This document shows positions 19,400 to 27,734 of a DNA stretch of 30,426 nt, piece by piece. This DNA comes from Nostoc sp. (GTDB lineage: Bacteria > Cyanobacteriota > Cyanobacteriia > Cyanobacteriales > Nostocaceae), in NCBI GenBank assembly GCA_036918135.1, contig JBALDB010000016.1, forward strand, positions 1-30,426, given 5' to 3'. A program made the translations under genes and the position numbers. How positions within the stretch are numbered: the stretch's first letter is position 1; each line of letters starts with the position of its first letter. The notes beneath the pieces were generated by a model, which was given only the letters and a program-made list of their open reading frames with translations, searched no databases and was not told the DNA's origin.

Positions 19400-20134
19400 A
19401 TGCTAGATTCCACACAACAATTAACATTACCAGAAATTACACCAGCCTCAGACGAGGATATCCTTGTTTACCTACGTCATTCTTTTACAATTGCAGCAGT
19501 AGCTGCTGCTACTGAACAGAATACCTTCATAGTCAAAGTATGCGAACAGTTAGGAATTACAGTTACTGATGAAGAATTGCAAGCAGCAGGAGACTTATTT
19601 CGCCATCAGCACAAACTGCTAGGAGTATCGGAAACACTAGCATGGCTGACACAACAACGAATTATTGTAGACGATTGGACACAAGGAATTCGCCTATCTC
19701 TACTCACTCAAAAATTAAAAGAAAATCTCTTTGGTGAGAATGTCGATACTTATTACATTAACAACCGTGATGATTATAAGCGTGTGGCTTTATCGCAAAT
19801 TCTAGTAAAGGATTTAACAGTAGCAAATACTATCGTTCAACTTTTACAAGAAAATCATAAATCATTCCCTGCTTTAGCATTGCAATATTCGCGGGGGAAG
19901 CAATCAAAAGAAAATGGTGGTTTTGTTGGAGTCCGCTTCCTTGCTGAATTATTACCAGAGATAACAAAAGCTATCACTGGTGTAGAGGAAAACAAAGTAG
20001 TTGGACCAATTCAAACTCAAATGGGTTATCACATTCTCCGAATTGAGAAGTGGATACCTGCAAATTTAAATGAGACTAAAGAAGAAATTTTAGAGTCTTT
20101 ATTTCAGGCTTGGTTAAAAACAAAACAACTTTAA
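19400..20134 (+). CDS. Parvulin/PpiC-type peptidylprolyl isomerase / foldase (PrsA/SurA-like)
   Basis: LGITVTDEELQ, LSQILV, F..LALQYS, SKENGGFVG and GPIQTQMGYHILRIE motifs. Confidence 0.85.
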   Translation: MLDSTQQLTLPEITPASDEDILVYLRHSFTIAAVAAATEQNTFIVKVCEQLGITVTDEELQAAGDLFRHQHKLLGVSETLAWLTQQRIIVDDWTQGIRLSLLTQKLKENLFGENVDTYYINNRDDYKRVALSQILVKDLTVANTIVQLLQENHKSFPALALQYSRGKQSKENGGFVGVRFLAELLPEITKAITGVEENKVVGPIQTQMGYHILRIEKWIPANLNETKEEILESLFQAWLKTKQL

Positions 20135-20459
20135 TAAAATAAATATTTTTAACTTGTGTACAATACTTACTTAAACATTAGCTTTAGGTAGGTTCTTACG
20201 TATATATTAATTAGTAATATTTAAATTTCAAAAAATACATATAATAGTTTTTATAAAACAGCTTTTATCTAAACATACATTTTAATAAATGCTATATTTT
20301 GGATAAAACAGCATCTTTTATATTCATTGAATAAAAAGTATTTTCTAGACAATTCCTTTTATATATGGCAATTTCTTAATAGAAAGCAAGAAATTCAATT
20401 GATGAGTTTCAGCAATCTGCTTCCTACTGATAATCGTTTAAAATTTTCAGGAGATTGAA

Positions 20460-20678
20460 ATGGCTACTATTACAATTCATGATTTACGTCCCGCTGGTGC
20501 AGAATTATTCGCTGGTTCTGAAAACTTTATGAGTGATTTAGTTGACTCTGAACTAAATGCAGTTAATGGTGGTATTTCACCCTTAGTTATTTGGGGTGTA
20601 GCAATCACATCAGAATATGTAATTAGTGCTTTTTCTTTAGGCGTTGGTGCTGGAGTTTATACAGCAGTTCGTAAATAA
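20460..20678 (+). CDS. Double-glycine RiPP precursor A1
   Basis: AGGAG RBS; 38-aa leader ending ELNAVNGG; core ISPLVIWGVAITSEYVISAFSLGVGAGVYTAVRK (6 Ser/Thr, no Cys). Confidence 0.9.
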   Translation: MATITIHDLRPAGAELFAGSENFMSDLVDSELNAVNGGISPLVIWGVAITSEYVISAFSLGVGAGVYTAVRK

Positions 20679-20704
20679 CCTGAAAATAACGTAAGGAGTA
20701 AACA

Positions 20705-20896
20705 ATGGCTACAATTCGCATTGAACAGCTAAGTGCAGGTTTTGAACTTATTGCTGATGAAGAAACATTTTTGGATGAACTTACTGATAGCGATCTAGAC
20801 CTTAATAAAGGTGGAATCACTCCAGTTATTACCAGTCTGATAGTCTTTTCCGCAGGCTATGGTGTGGGTAGAGCAATCAGTGAAATTTTTAAATAA
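20705..20896 (+). CDS. Double-glycine RiPP precursor B1
   Basis: AAGGAG RBS; 37-aa leader ending DLDLNKGG; core ITPVITSLIVFSAGYGVGRAISEIFK (5 Ser/Thr, no Cys). Confidence 0.9.
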   Translation: MATIRIEQLSAGFELIADEETFLDELTDSDLDLNKGGITPVITSLIVFSAGYGVGRAISEIFK

Positions 20897-20956
20897 GCTT
20901 TGAGATAACCACTAAAGGTTGTTTTAAATTGCTTGAAATGCTAAATAACCAATAGC

Positions 20957-20996
20957 AGGGGCAAAAAGTTATGTTTAAACATAACTTTTTACCCCT
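20957..20996 (+). terminator. Long hairpin downstream of A1-B1
   Basis: AGGGG-C-AAAAAGTTATGTTTAAACATAACTTTTT-A-CCCCT, with a perfect 28-bp palindromic core. Confidence 0.65.
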
Positions 20997-21439
20997 ATTA
21001 CATTGATATACCTTTTACATGATAATGATACTGTTTATAATTATTGGTAAGAATAATAGCTATTCTTTAACACCCAACAAATAAAAAATATAAAGGTAAT
21101 TTAATATTTTAGTACTTAGCTAAGGAGCATTTATCAAGTAAATGTTAAGTAGGCTGTACTCTAGCTATATATTAATTTGGGAGTTTGAGAGAGTGACAGA
21201 TAGCCGTAACATACCGCTTTAACGCCTGAGAAAATTTAAAGTTGGACTTGATAAATCATATTTTAAAATATTTTGTGAAAATAAAAGTAGCTTTTATGTT
21301 CATTTAATAGAGCATCATCTCTAGATATATCAATTTGTTTATGGCAAATTATTAATAGAAAGCAAGAAATTTGATTGGTGAATTTCAGCAATCTACTCCC
21401 TAATTATAATTGTTCATTCAAAATTTTCAGGAGGTTGAA

Positions 21440-21655
21440 ATGGCTACTATTGCAATTCATGATTTACGTCCCGCTGGTGCAGAATTATTCGCTGGTTCTG
21501 AAAACTTTATGAGTGATTTAGTTGACTCTGAACTAAGTACAGTTAATGGTGGTCTTACACCCTTGGTCATTTGGGGTGTTGCAATCACATCAGAGTATGT
21601 AATTAGTGCTTTTTCTGTAGGTCTTGGTGCTGGGATTTATACAGCTCTTAGATAA
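21440..21655 (+). CDS. Double-glycine RiPP precursor A2
   Basis: AGGAGG RBS before ATG 21440 (rather than 21410); core LTPLVIWGVAITSEYVISAFSVGLGAGIYTALR. Confidence 0.9.
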   Translation: MATIAIHDLRPAGAELFAGSENFMSDLVDSELSTVNGGLTPLVIWGVAITSEYVISAFSVGLGAGIYTALR

Positions 21656-21681
21656 GCTAAAAATAATGTAAGGAGTAGATA

Positions 21682-21873
21682 GTGGCTACAATTCGCATTG
21701 AACAGCTAAGTGCAGGTTTTGAACTTATTGCTGACGAAGAAACATTTTTGGATGAACTTACTGATAGCGATTTAGACCTTAATAAAGGTGGAATCACTCC
21801 GATTATCACTAGTCTGATAGTGTTCTCCGCAGGCTATGGTGTGGGTAAAGCAATCACTGCAATTTTCAACTAA
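21682..21873 (+). CDS. Double-glycine RiPP precursor B2
   Basis: AAGGAG RBS, GTG start; leader identical to B1; core ITPIITSLIVFSAGYGVGKAITAIFN. Confidence 0.9.
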   Translation: MATIRIEQLSAGFELIADEETFLDELTDSDLDLNKGGITPIITSLIVFSAGYGVGKAITAIFN

Positions 21874-21930
21874 CTCTTGATATAATAATCAAAGTTATTT
21901 TCGATTATTTCAAATATTAAATAATTAATA

Positions 21931-21986
21931 GCAGGAGTTACAGAAACTTAAGTTTAAACATAATATAGTTTTTGGCTCCTGTTTTT
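21931..21986 (+). terminator. Putative intrinsic terminator after A2-B2
   Basis: CAGGAG...CTCCTG stem followed by TTTTT; diverged copy of the 20957 hairpin. Confidence 0.55.
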
Positions 21987-22042
21987 CCATACATATTAGG
22001 CTGTAACTAAAGACTTTACTATTACTCAAAAGAGGTAAATTT

Positions 22043-22300
22043 ATGTTTAATAATCTTTCTAATCCTATAGATATTACAATTCCCCTATTTGTAATTATGG
22101 GAATTTCACAAATAGTTCTTGGTAATTATGTGGCTGCTGGTATCTGGCTAATAATAGCTTTAGGACAATTTGTTGTACCTAGAATTGGCGTGAATAATTT
22201 AAATCAATTGCATCGACCTGAAGTCCTGTTTGTCTGGGTAATGATTGCAACATTCATCATTTTAGTTATATATCAAATTTATAGAGACGTGTTTTCATAG
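22043..22300 (+). CDS. Small membrane protein, candidate immunity protein
   Basis: GAGGT RBS; 85 aa with about three hydrophobic segments; directly after the precursors. Function inferred from position. Confidence 0.6.
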   Translation: MFNNLSNPIDITIPLFVIMGISQIVLGNYVAAGIWLIIALGQFVVPRIGVNNLNQLHRPEVLFVWVMIATFIILVIYQIYRDVFS

Positions 22301-22319
22301 ACTAGAATTTGTCTATGAA
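22294..22319. terminator. Hairpin between convergent genes
   Basis: TTCATAGAC-N8-GTCTATGAA. Confidence 0.4.
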
Positions 22320-22441
22320 TCTTTATCAGCACGTCTGCTATATTAACTTTAGTTAAATTTAGTTTAGATGAAAAATTATCCTACCAATGCAATGGCTGGG
22401 ATAAAGCTTATTTCTCAGTTGTCAGTATTTCTGCAATTGGC

Positions 22442-23200
22442 TTAAGGTGATTGGACTACTTCTGGTGAAACTGATAATAATACAGTTATATATTCAGTTT
22501 TTTTCTTAAGCCATTGTGAAAATAATTCTCCAAATATTTTAGTACGTATATTCTCATTCAATTGCGGCTGAATTATTTCTTCTACAAGAATGATATGTAC
22601 GCCGGAAGATGTCAGGATTGGCTTGATAAGCTGTGGTGGTTTAGCAGAAAAGACATTAGCAGAAATTTCTGACTTCATATCCTTGCGTTGTACCATACCT
22701 TTATATCCTAATTGTCGCCGTAATTTTGTGTCTGTAATGTATTTATAAGCAACATCATAAAAACTAATTTCACCTTCTTGAATAGCATAAAATAGTTCTA
22801 TTGCCAAATCTTCATCATCTAACACAACTTCATACATGACGGCACTAAAGTAATCTAGTTGATGTTCAAAGAAATATGGTTCGATTTTATCTGCAAACAG
22901 ATAAAGAGCTAACTTATTAGAGATAATAGTATAGTAGATAATTTCTTCAAATTCATCTAATGAAAGACCATGTTTTTCTAGCCATATCCAAGTATCATCA
23001 GCATTATTAAGTTTGTTATCTAACCGTATTTGGTCTGCTATCTTTTGGAGTTCTTCAACCTCTACTTGGATACTAGCTTCTTCAGCAGTAGATATAATGA
23101 CTTTACGGCTAACAATCTGCTCAACTATCTCAGGAATTTTACATGTTAGCTTGATTTGATGAAGAATATCTTCGTTAGTAATAGTGATGGGCTGTAACAT
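22442..23200 (-). CDS. PpiC-like peptidylprolyl isomerase/foldase associated with the exporter
   Basis: IQVEVEELQK.AD..RL, WLEKHGLSLDEFE, FYDVAYKY and KPILTSSGVHIILVEEI motifs; last gene of the transporter-HlyD operon. Confidence 0.8.
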   Translation of the reverse strand: MLQPITITNEDILHQIKLTCKIPEIVEQIVSRKVIISTAEEASIQVEVEELQKIADQIRLDNKLNNADDTWIWLEKHGLSLDEFEEIIYYTIISNKLALYLFADKIEPYFFEHQLDYFSAVMYEVVLDDEDLAIELFYAIQEGEISFYDVAYKYITDTKLRRQLGYKGMVQRKDMKSEISANVFSAKPPQLIKPILTSSGVHIILVEEIIQPQLNENIRTKIFGELFSQWLKKKTEYITVLLSVSPEVVQSP

Positions 23201-23342
23201 AATATTGCTCCTAATTTAAGTAAGCTTTCTGTATTATTTATTTGGACTATAAAAAATATATTTATACCCCAAACTATTCTAGAATTGCACAGCATAAAGC
23301 CTATAACATACGGCTTCTGAATTTATCATTCAAGTGAAATTA

Positions 23343-24866
23343 TTACAATTTCACACCACCCTGCTGTAACTTCTTAAACGGATCGATTAGAAAATCGATA
23401 ATACGGCGTTGGCGTATAATCACTTCAGCAGTCGCTGTATCTCCTGGATGCAAGGGAATACATTTATTAGCCGAGGGAATACAGTTCTGTTTTAAAGCAA
23501 TTTCTAAGTTATAAGCTGCTACCTTTCCATTAGGCGTATCTATCTCTGTAGTAGTAGGAGAAATTTTAATTAACTCTCCTGAGAGAATACCATAATCTTG
23601 AAATGGATAAGCATCAAATTTGAGCTTTACTGGTAATCCCTTTTGCAAAAAACCACTTTCTGTAGTTGCCATTTGTGCCCGAATTATGAAAGGCGAATTT
23701 ATAGGTGCAATCTCTGCAACCATTGTTCCTGGTTGTACTACTGACCCAGCCTTTTGAATTGGTAATTGAAACAGCATACCACTTACGGTAGCTCTTATAT
23801 CTCGTTGTCCTAATTGAAATTTTAATGATTCAATTTGACTTCTAGTTTGAGCAATTTCTGTTTTTAACGAAGTAATTTCTGTATCTAGTGTTTTTTGTTG
23901 ATCGGCAATTTTTAGTACAGCTAGCTGACCAGAACGAGTCAAGGATTGATAACCTCTTTCTTGTTCCTTAAGTCGCAACTTAGCTTGTTCAATATCTGCA
24001 CTAGCTTGGCGAATATTTCGCTCGTAACTACTCTGTTGTTCTTCTAAACGTAGTTTGGATTGTTTAGTATCTGATTTACTTTGTTCGTATAATTTTTGTT
24101 TATCTTTAGCTATATCTTGTTTTTCTACTAGATTAATGTCTGGAACAATTCCTTCTTGATTTAGTTTTCTATAACGTTCCACCTCTCGCTGAGTACTTGC
24201 TAAAGTACTCTGCATCAACTGACTAACAGTTCCGCTACTTTCGAGAGTTTGTCGTGCTTGATTTAATTGAGATAATTTTTCTTCTTTTTGTAACTCATAG
24301 GCATTTATCAAAGTATTAATGTTTTGTTGTGCTTGATCGACTTGGGCCTGTTTCTCTAACTCTTGAGATTGATTTTGTTGTTGTTGAGTGGTCAAGGATA
24401 CAATTAACTGATTTTGAGATGAATTCAACTGAGTAAGACGGTTTAACTGTCCCTCTAGCTTATCTTGCGCCTGCTGCAAATCTGCTTTCACTAATTCTGA
24501 CTCCAACAATAATAAAGTTTGTCCAGCCTTAACTGACTCACCTTCTTTAACTCGAATTTCAGCAACAGTTCCTGCTACAGCAGCATCGAGCTTAATTGTT
24601 TTTTCTTGAGGCTCGGTGCGCCCTCTAGCTGTACCTGTTTCGTCTACTTTGGAGAGGATTGCCCAAGGTAAAATTATAGATATAATAATTACCAAAAAAT
24701 ATAGCAAGCCTCTTGTCCAAACTTGGGGCAGACTTTCAAGTGATTCTTTAGTTATTTCTGACCAATCATCCTTTATTATTACTGCTAACGGAGGTGGTAA
24801 ATTTTTCTGATAAGATGCATTTTCTATTAATGGTGTTTTAACCCGTCCATTTAATATATCTGTCAT
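23343..24866 (-). CDS. hlyD: HlyD-family secretion membrane-fusion protein
   Basis: N-terminal TM segment, GTVAEIRVKEGESVKAGQ.LL, long coiled coil and KLKFDAYPFQDYG motif. Confidence 0.95.
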   Translation of the reverse strand: MTDILNGRVKTPLIENASYQKNLPPPLAVIIKDDWSEITKESLESLPQVWTRGLLYFLVIIISIILPWAILSKVDETGTARGRTEPQEKTIKLDAAVAGTVAEIRVKEGESVKAGQTLLLLESELVKADLQQAQDKLEGQLNRLTQLNSSQNQLIVSLTTQQQQNQSQELEKQAQVDQAQQNINTLINAYELQKEEKLSQLNQARQTLESSGTVSQLMQSTLASTQREVERYRKLNQEGIVPDINLVEKQDIAKDKQKLYEQSKSDTKQSKLRLEEQQSSYERNIRQASADIEQAKLRLKEQERGYQSLTRSGQLAVLKIADQQKTLDTEITSLKTEIAQTRSQIESLKFQLGQRDIRATVSGMLFQLPIQKAGSVVQPGTMVAEIAPINSPFIIRAQMATTESGFLQKGLPVKLKFDAYPFQDYGILSGELIKISPTTTEIDTPNGKVAAYNLEIALKQNCIPSANKCIPLHPGDTATAEVIIRQRRIIDFLIDPFKKLQQGGVKL

Positions 24867-24977
24867 GATTCTTTCCCAATAACTATTTTTAATTTTGGAT
24901 TATTTATGAGCATTAATAAATAGGTAATTTTTCTGGTTTATTACTATTAACTAACATTTATTTTCTGATTAGCTTGT

Positions 24978-27734
24978 TCAGACTACCCCTTGTAACTGCT
25001 GTTGATTAAGATAAAAATAATGCTTTCGCTTCGCCATCAATTCTTCATGAGTTCCACTTTCAATCAAAATGCCTCGGTCTAGCACTAAAATCATATCTGC
25101 ATTCTGTACAGTAGAAAGGCGGTGGGCAATTACTAATGTAGTTCTTCCCTTAAGAATTGTGTTTAAGTTTTGCTGAATAATTCTTTCTGACTCGGTGTCT
25201 AAATGAGAAGTCGCCTCATCTAAAATTAGCAATCGTGGATTACCTAATAAAGCTCTGGCAATAGCTATCCGCTGTCTTTGTCCACCAGATAATAACCCTC
25301 CACCTTCACCAATTTGGGTTTCATAACCCATCGGTAATTTCTTAATAAAATCATCAGCACCTGCTAATTGCCCAGCCTCGATAACTTCTGTTAAAGGGGC
25401 ACTCGGATATCCTAAGCTAATATTTTCTCGAATAGTTCCGCCAAACAAAAAAGTATCTTGATCGACTACTCCAACCTCTTGACGTAGGGAACGTAAGGAA
25501 ATACTGCTAATATCTTGTCCATCAATCAGCACTTTACCGTCAGTTGGAGGATATAAGCCTATAACTAATTTAGAAATAGTAGTTTTTCCAGAGCCACTAC
25601 GTCCTACCAGCGCTACCATTTGACCCGGCTTTACTTCAAAACTAAGATTTTCTAGAATATTGATATCACTTTCTGGATGATATCGAAATGTGACATTTTC
25701 AAAGCGAATATTTCCTTGAATGTGTGGTAAGTTTTGTCGCGTCTGGTGTTGTAAATCTTCCTCTGGTTCTGTATCTAGTACATCATTAATACGTTCCACT
25801 GCAATTACGACTTCTTGCAATTGATTCCACAACACGATTAAGCGCTGAAAAGGCGTAATAATATTGTCTACTAACATATTAAACGCTACTAATTGCCCAA
25901 TAGTTAACTGGTTTTGAATAACCAAATATGCCCCAAACCAGAGCAAGGCAGTGGTTACAACTGCTTGTATTCCGTTACTAAAAATTTGCAGACGATTGCT
26001 GATAACTTGTCCAGAAAAGTTAGTTTTAATCTCCTTATTTAATAACTCTTCCCAATGCCAACGTACTGTATGTTCTACCGCCGTAGCTTTCACAGTTCGG
26101 ATACCGGTCAGAGCTTCTATTAGATAACTACTTTCATTGGCGACTGCATTAAATATTTCTCTAGAAATTCTTTGTAAAAAAGGCGTGGCAGTCAATGCCA
26201 ATAAGGCAAAAGGTGGTATGATTATTAGGGCTAGCAGCGCCATTTTCCAGCTATACCAGAACATTAATCCCACATAAATAAAGACGGTAAGTAAATCTAG
26301 TAGGATAGATAATGCCTCGCCGGATAGGAAGCGTTGAATTTTGCGGTTTTCCTGAACACGAGAAATAATATCTCCCACATAACGAGACTCAAAAAAATTC
26401 AAAGGTAGTCGTAGGGTATGGCGAATAAACCCAACAATTAGCGCCAAGTCTATGCGATTTGCTGTGTGGTCTAGGAGATATTGCCGCAACCCGATCATTG
26501 CTACACGAAAGAGGTTAAACATTAGTAATCCTATCCCCACTGCTGTCAAAGTGAGTTCGGATCGCTGTACAACTACGCGGTCTAAAATTAACTGAGTAAA
26601 AAGCGGGGTAATGAGTCCAAATATCTGGATAAATACCGAAGCAATAAATACTTCTAGCATCACCAAGCTATGAGGCTTGAGTAACTCAAAAAATTGCCAA
26701 AAGGGAGTAGAAGTTTCTTTGGTATCCTTTAGCATCGCTGTTGGTTGTAGTAGCAGTGTATAACCAGTCCAATCAGCTTGAAATTCTGCGTGACTCAAGG
26801 TGCGTTGACCAATGGCGGGGTCTGCAACAATAACGTGTTTCAGTGTAATTTCGTAGACTACAATGTAATGCTTGCCTTCCCAGTGGGCAATAGCGGGCAA
26901 TTTTTGCTTTGCAAGCTGCTTAAGACTAGCCTTTACAGGCCGTGTGGCAAAGCCAAGGCTTTCTGCCGCAGTCAATAACCCCCGCAAGGATGCACCGTTT
27001 CGGTCTACATTAGCGATATCTCGCAAACGATTAACACTAAAGCGTTTACCCCAATAGCGAGACACCATTACCAAACAAGCTGCACCGCAATCGGATGCAC
27101 TTTGCTGGGCAAAAAATGGATAACGCTGAGTTACTCGTTGCCATAAATGTCCAACTCGCTGATTGGGGTTGGGAAAATAGGCTTTACTAATCTTTTTCTG
27201 GTGCGGCTGTGGAGAAGCCGTTGACAAAATATCTATATTATGGATATGGGTGGAATTTGATGCGTAGGCGTAGCTTGTCGTAGACATCGCCGTTTTAGAA
27301 GAGTTATCTGAGTTTATTTGTAGAGAATTAAGAGATACTGCTTGTTGCCATAAATGCTCCCGAATTTGGGGATGATTAGCCATCAATGACCGCAACAATT
27401 CACCCGGAATAAAGCACAACTGCAAATTTATCGAAGCTCTAGCAGCATAATGCTTAAATTTAGCCTCCGGAAACAAGGTAAATTCCCCAAATGAAGTCCC
27501 GTTCTCCAAAGTGGCGATTAACTCACCTCCGCTGTCGAGCAATCTCACTTTATCAGCAATCACAATATAAATACCTGATTCAACGTCAGTTCCCTGCCAG
27601 AATTTGCCAACTTTTGGGTTGAGGAATTTAATTTGTTGGAGACAACGCCCAAATTCTGCCTCGGAAAGCGAATACCCCAAAATATTGCTCAACTGTTCCA
27701 GAGACACTAACGGATCTGATAGATTTTGCACCAT
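24978..27734 (-). CDS. Peptidase-containing ABC transporter (cNMP-binding-like + C39 peptidase + TMD + NBD)
   Basis: QQSASDCGAACL (catalytic Cys), HWEGKHYIVV (His), ADP, Walker A GRSGSGKTT, LSGGQRQR and LILDEATS motifs. Confidence 0.95.
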   Translation of the reverse strand: MVQNLSDPLVSLEQLSNILGYSLSEAEFGRCLQQIKFLNPKVGKFWQGTDVESGIYIVIADKVRLLDSGGELIATLENGTSFGEFTLFPEAKFKHYAARASINLQLCFIPGELLRSLMANHPQIREHLWQQAVSLNSLQINSDNSSKTAMSTTSYAYASNSTHIHNIDILSTASPQPHQKKISKAYFPNPNQRVGHLWQRVTQRYPFFAQQSASDCGAACLVMVSRYWGKRFSVNRLRDIANVDRNGASLRGLLTAAESLGFATRPVKASLKQLAKQKLPAIAHWEGKHYIVVYEITLKHVIVADPAIGQRTLSHAEFQADWTGYTLLLQPTAMLKDTKETSTPFWQFFELLKPHSLVMLEVFIASVFIQIFGLITPLFTQLILDRVVVQRSELTLTAVGIGLLMFNLFRVAMIGLRQYLLDHTANRIDLALIVGFIRHTLRLPLNFFESRYVGDIISRVQENRKIQRFLSGEALSILLDLLTVFIYVGLMFWYSWKMALLALIIIPPFALLALTATPFLQRISREIFNAVANESSYLIEALTGIRTVKATAVEHTVRWHWEELLNKEIKTNFSGQVISNRLQIFSNGIQAVVTTALLWFGAYLVIQNQLTIGQLVAFNMLVDNIITPFQRLIVLWNQLQEVVIAVERINDVLDTEPEEDLQHQTRQNLPHIQGNIRFENVTFRYHPESDINILENLSFEVKPGQMVALVGRSGSGKTTISKLVIGLYPPTDGKVLIDGQDISSISLRSLRQEVGVVDQDTFLFGGTIRENISLGYPSAPLTEVIEAGQLAGADDFIKKLPMGYETQIGEGGGLLSGGQRQRIAIARALLGNPRLLILDEATSHLDTESERIIQQNLNTILKGRTTLVIAHRLSTVQNADMILVLDRGILIESGTHEELMAKRKHYFYLNQQQLQGVV
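27262..27290 (-). repeat. SDR5-type 21-nt element inserted in frame within the transporter gene
   Basis: Minus strand GCGAT-GTCTACGACAAGCTACGCCTA-CGC translates as AMSTTSYAYA in the inter-domain linker. Confidence 0.8.

Larger units (their letters stand above)
20365..21986 (+). repeat. Tandem duplication of the upstream region + precursor A + precursor B + terminator unit
   Basis: Copy 1 ~20365-20996, copy 2 ~21341-21986. Both start ATGGCAA..T.TTAATAGAAAGCAAGAAATT, have near-identical ORFs and end in related hairpins. Confidence 0.9.

Noticed and set aside
21410..21439. Longer start for precursor A2
   Set aside because: The AGGAGG RBS and alignment with A1 place the start at 21440.
16093..21873. 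Canonical class V lanthipeptide, or antibiotic-resistance kinase plus T3SS effector
   Set aside because: No Cys in the cores and no cyclase or LanD; no T3SS genes. The context supports peptide modification.
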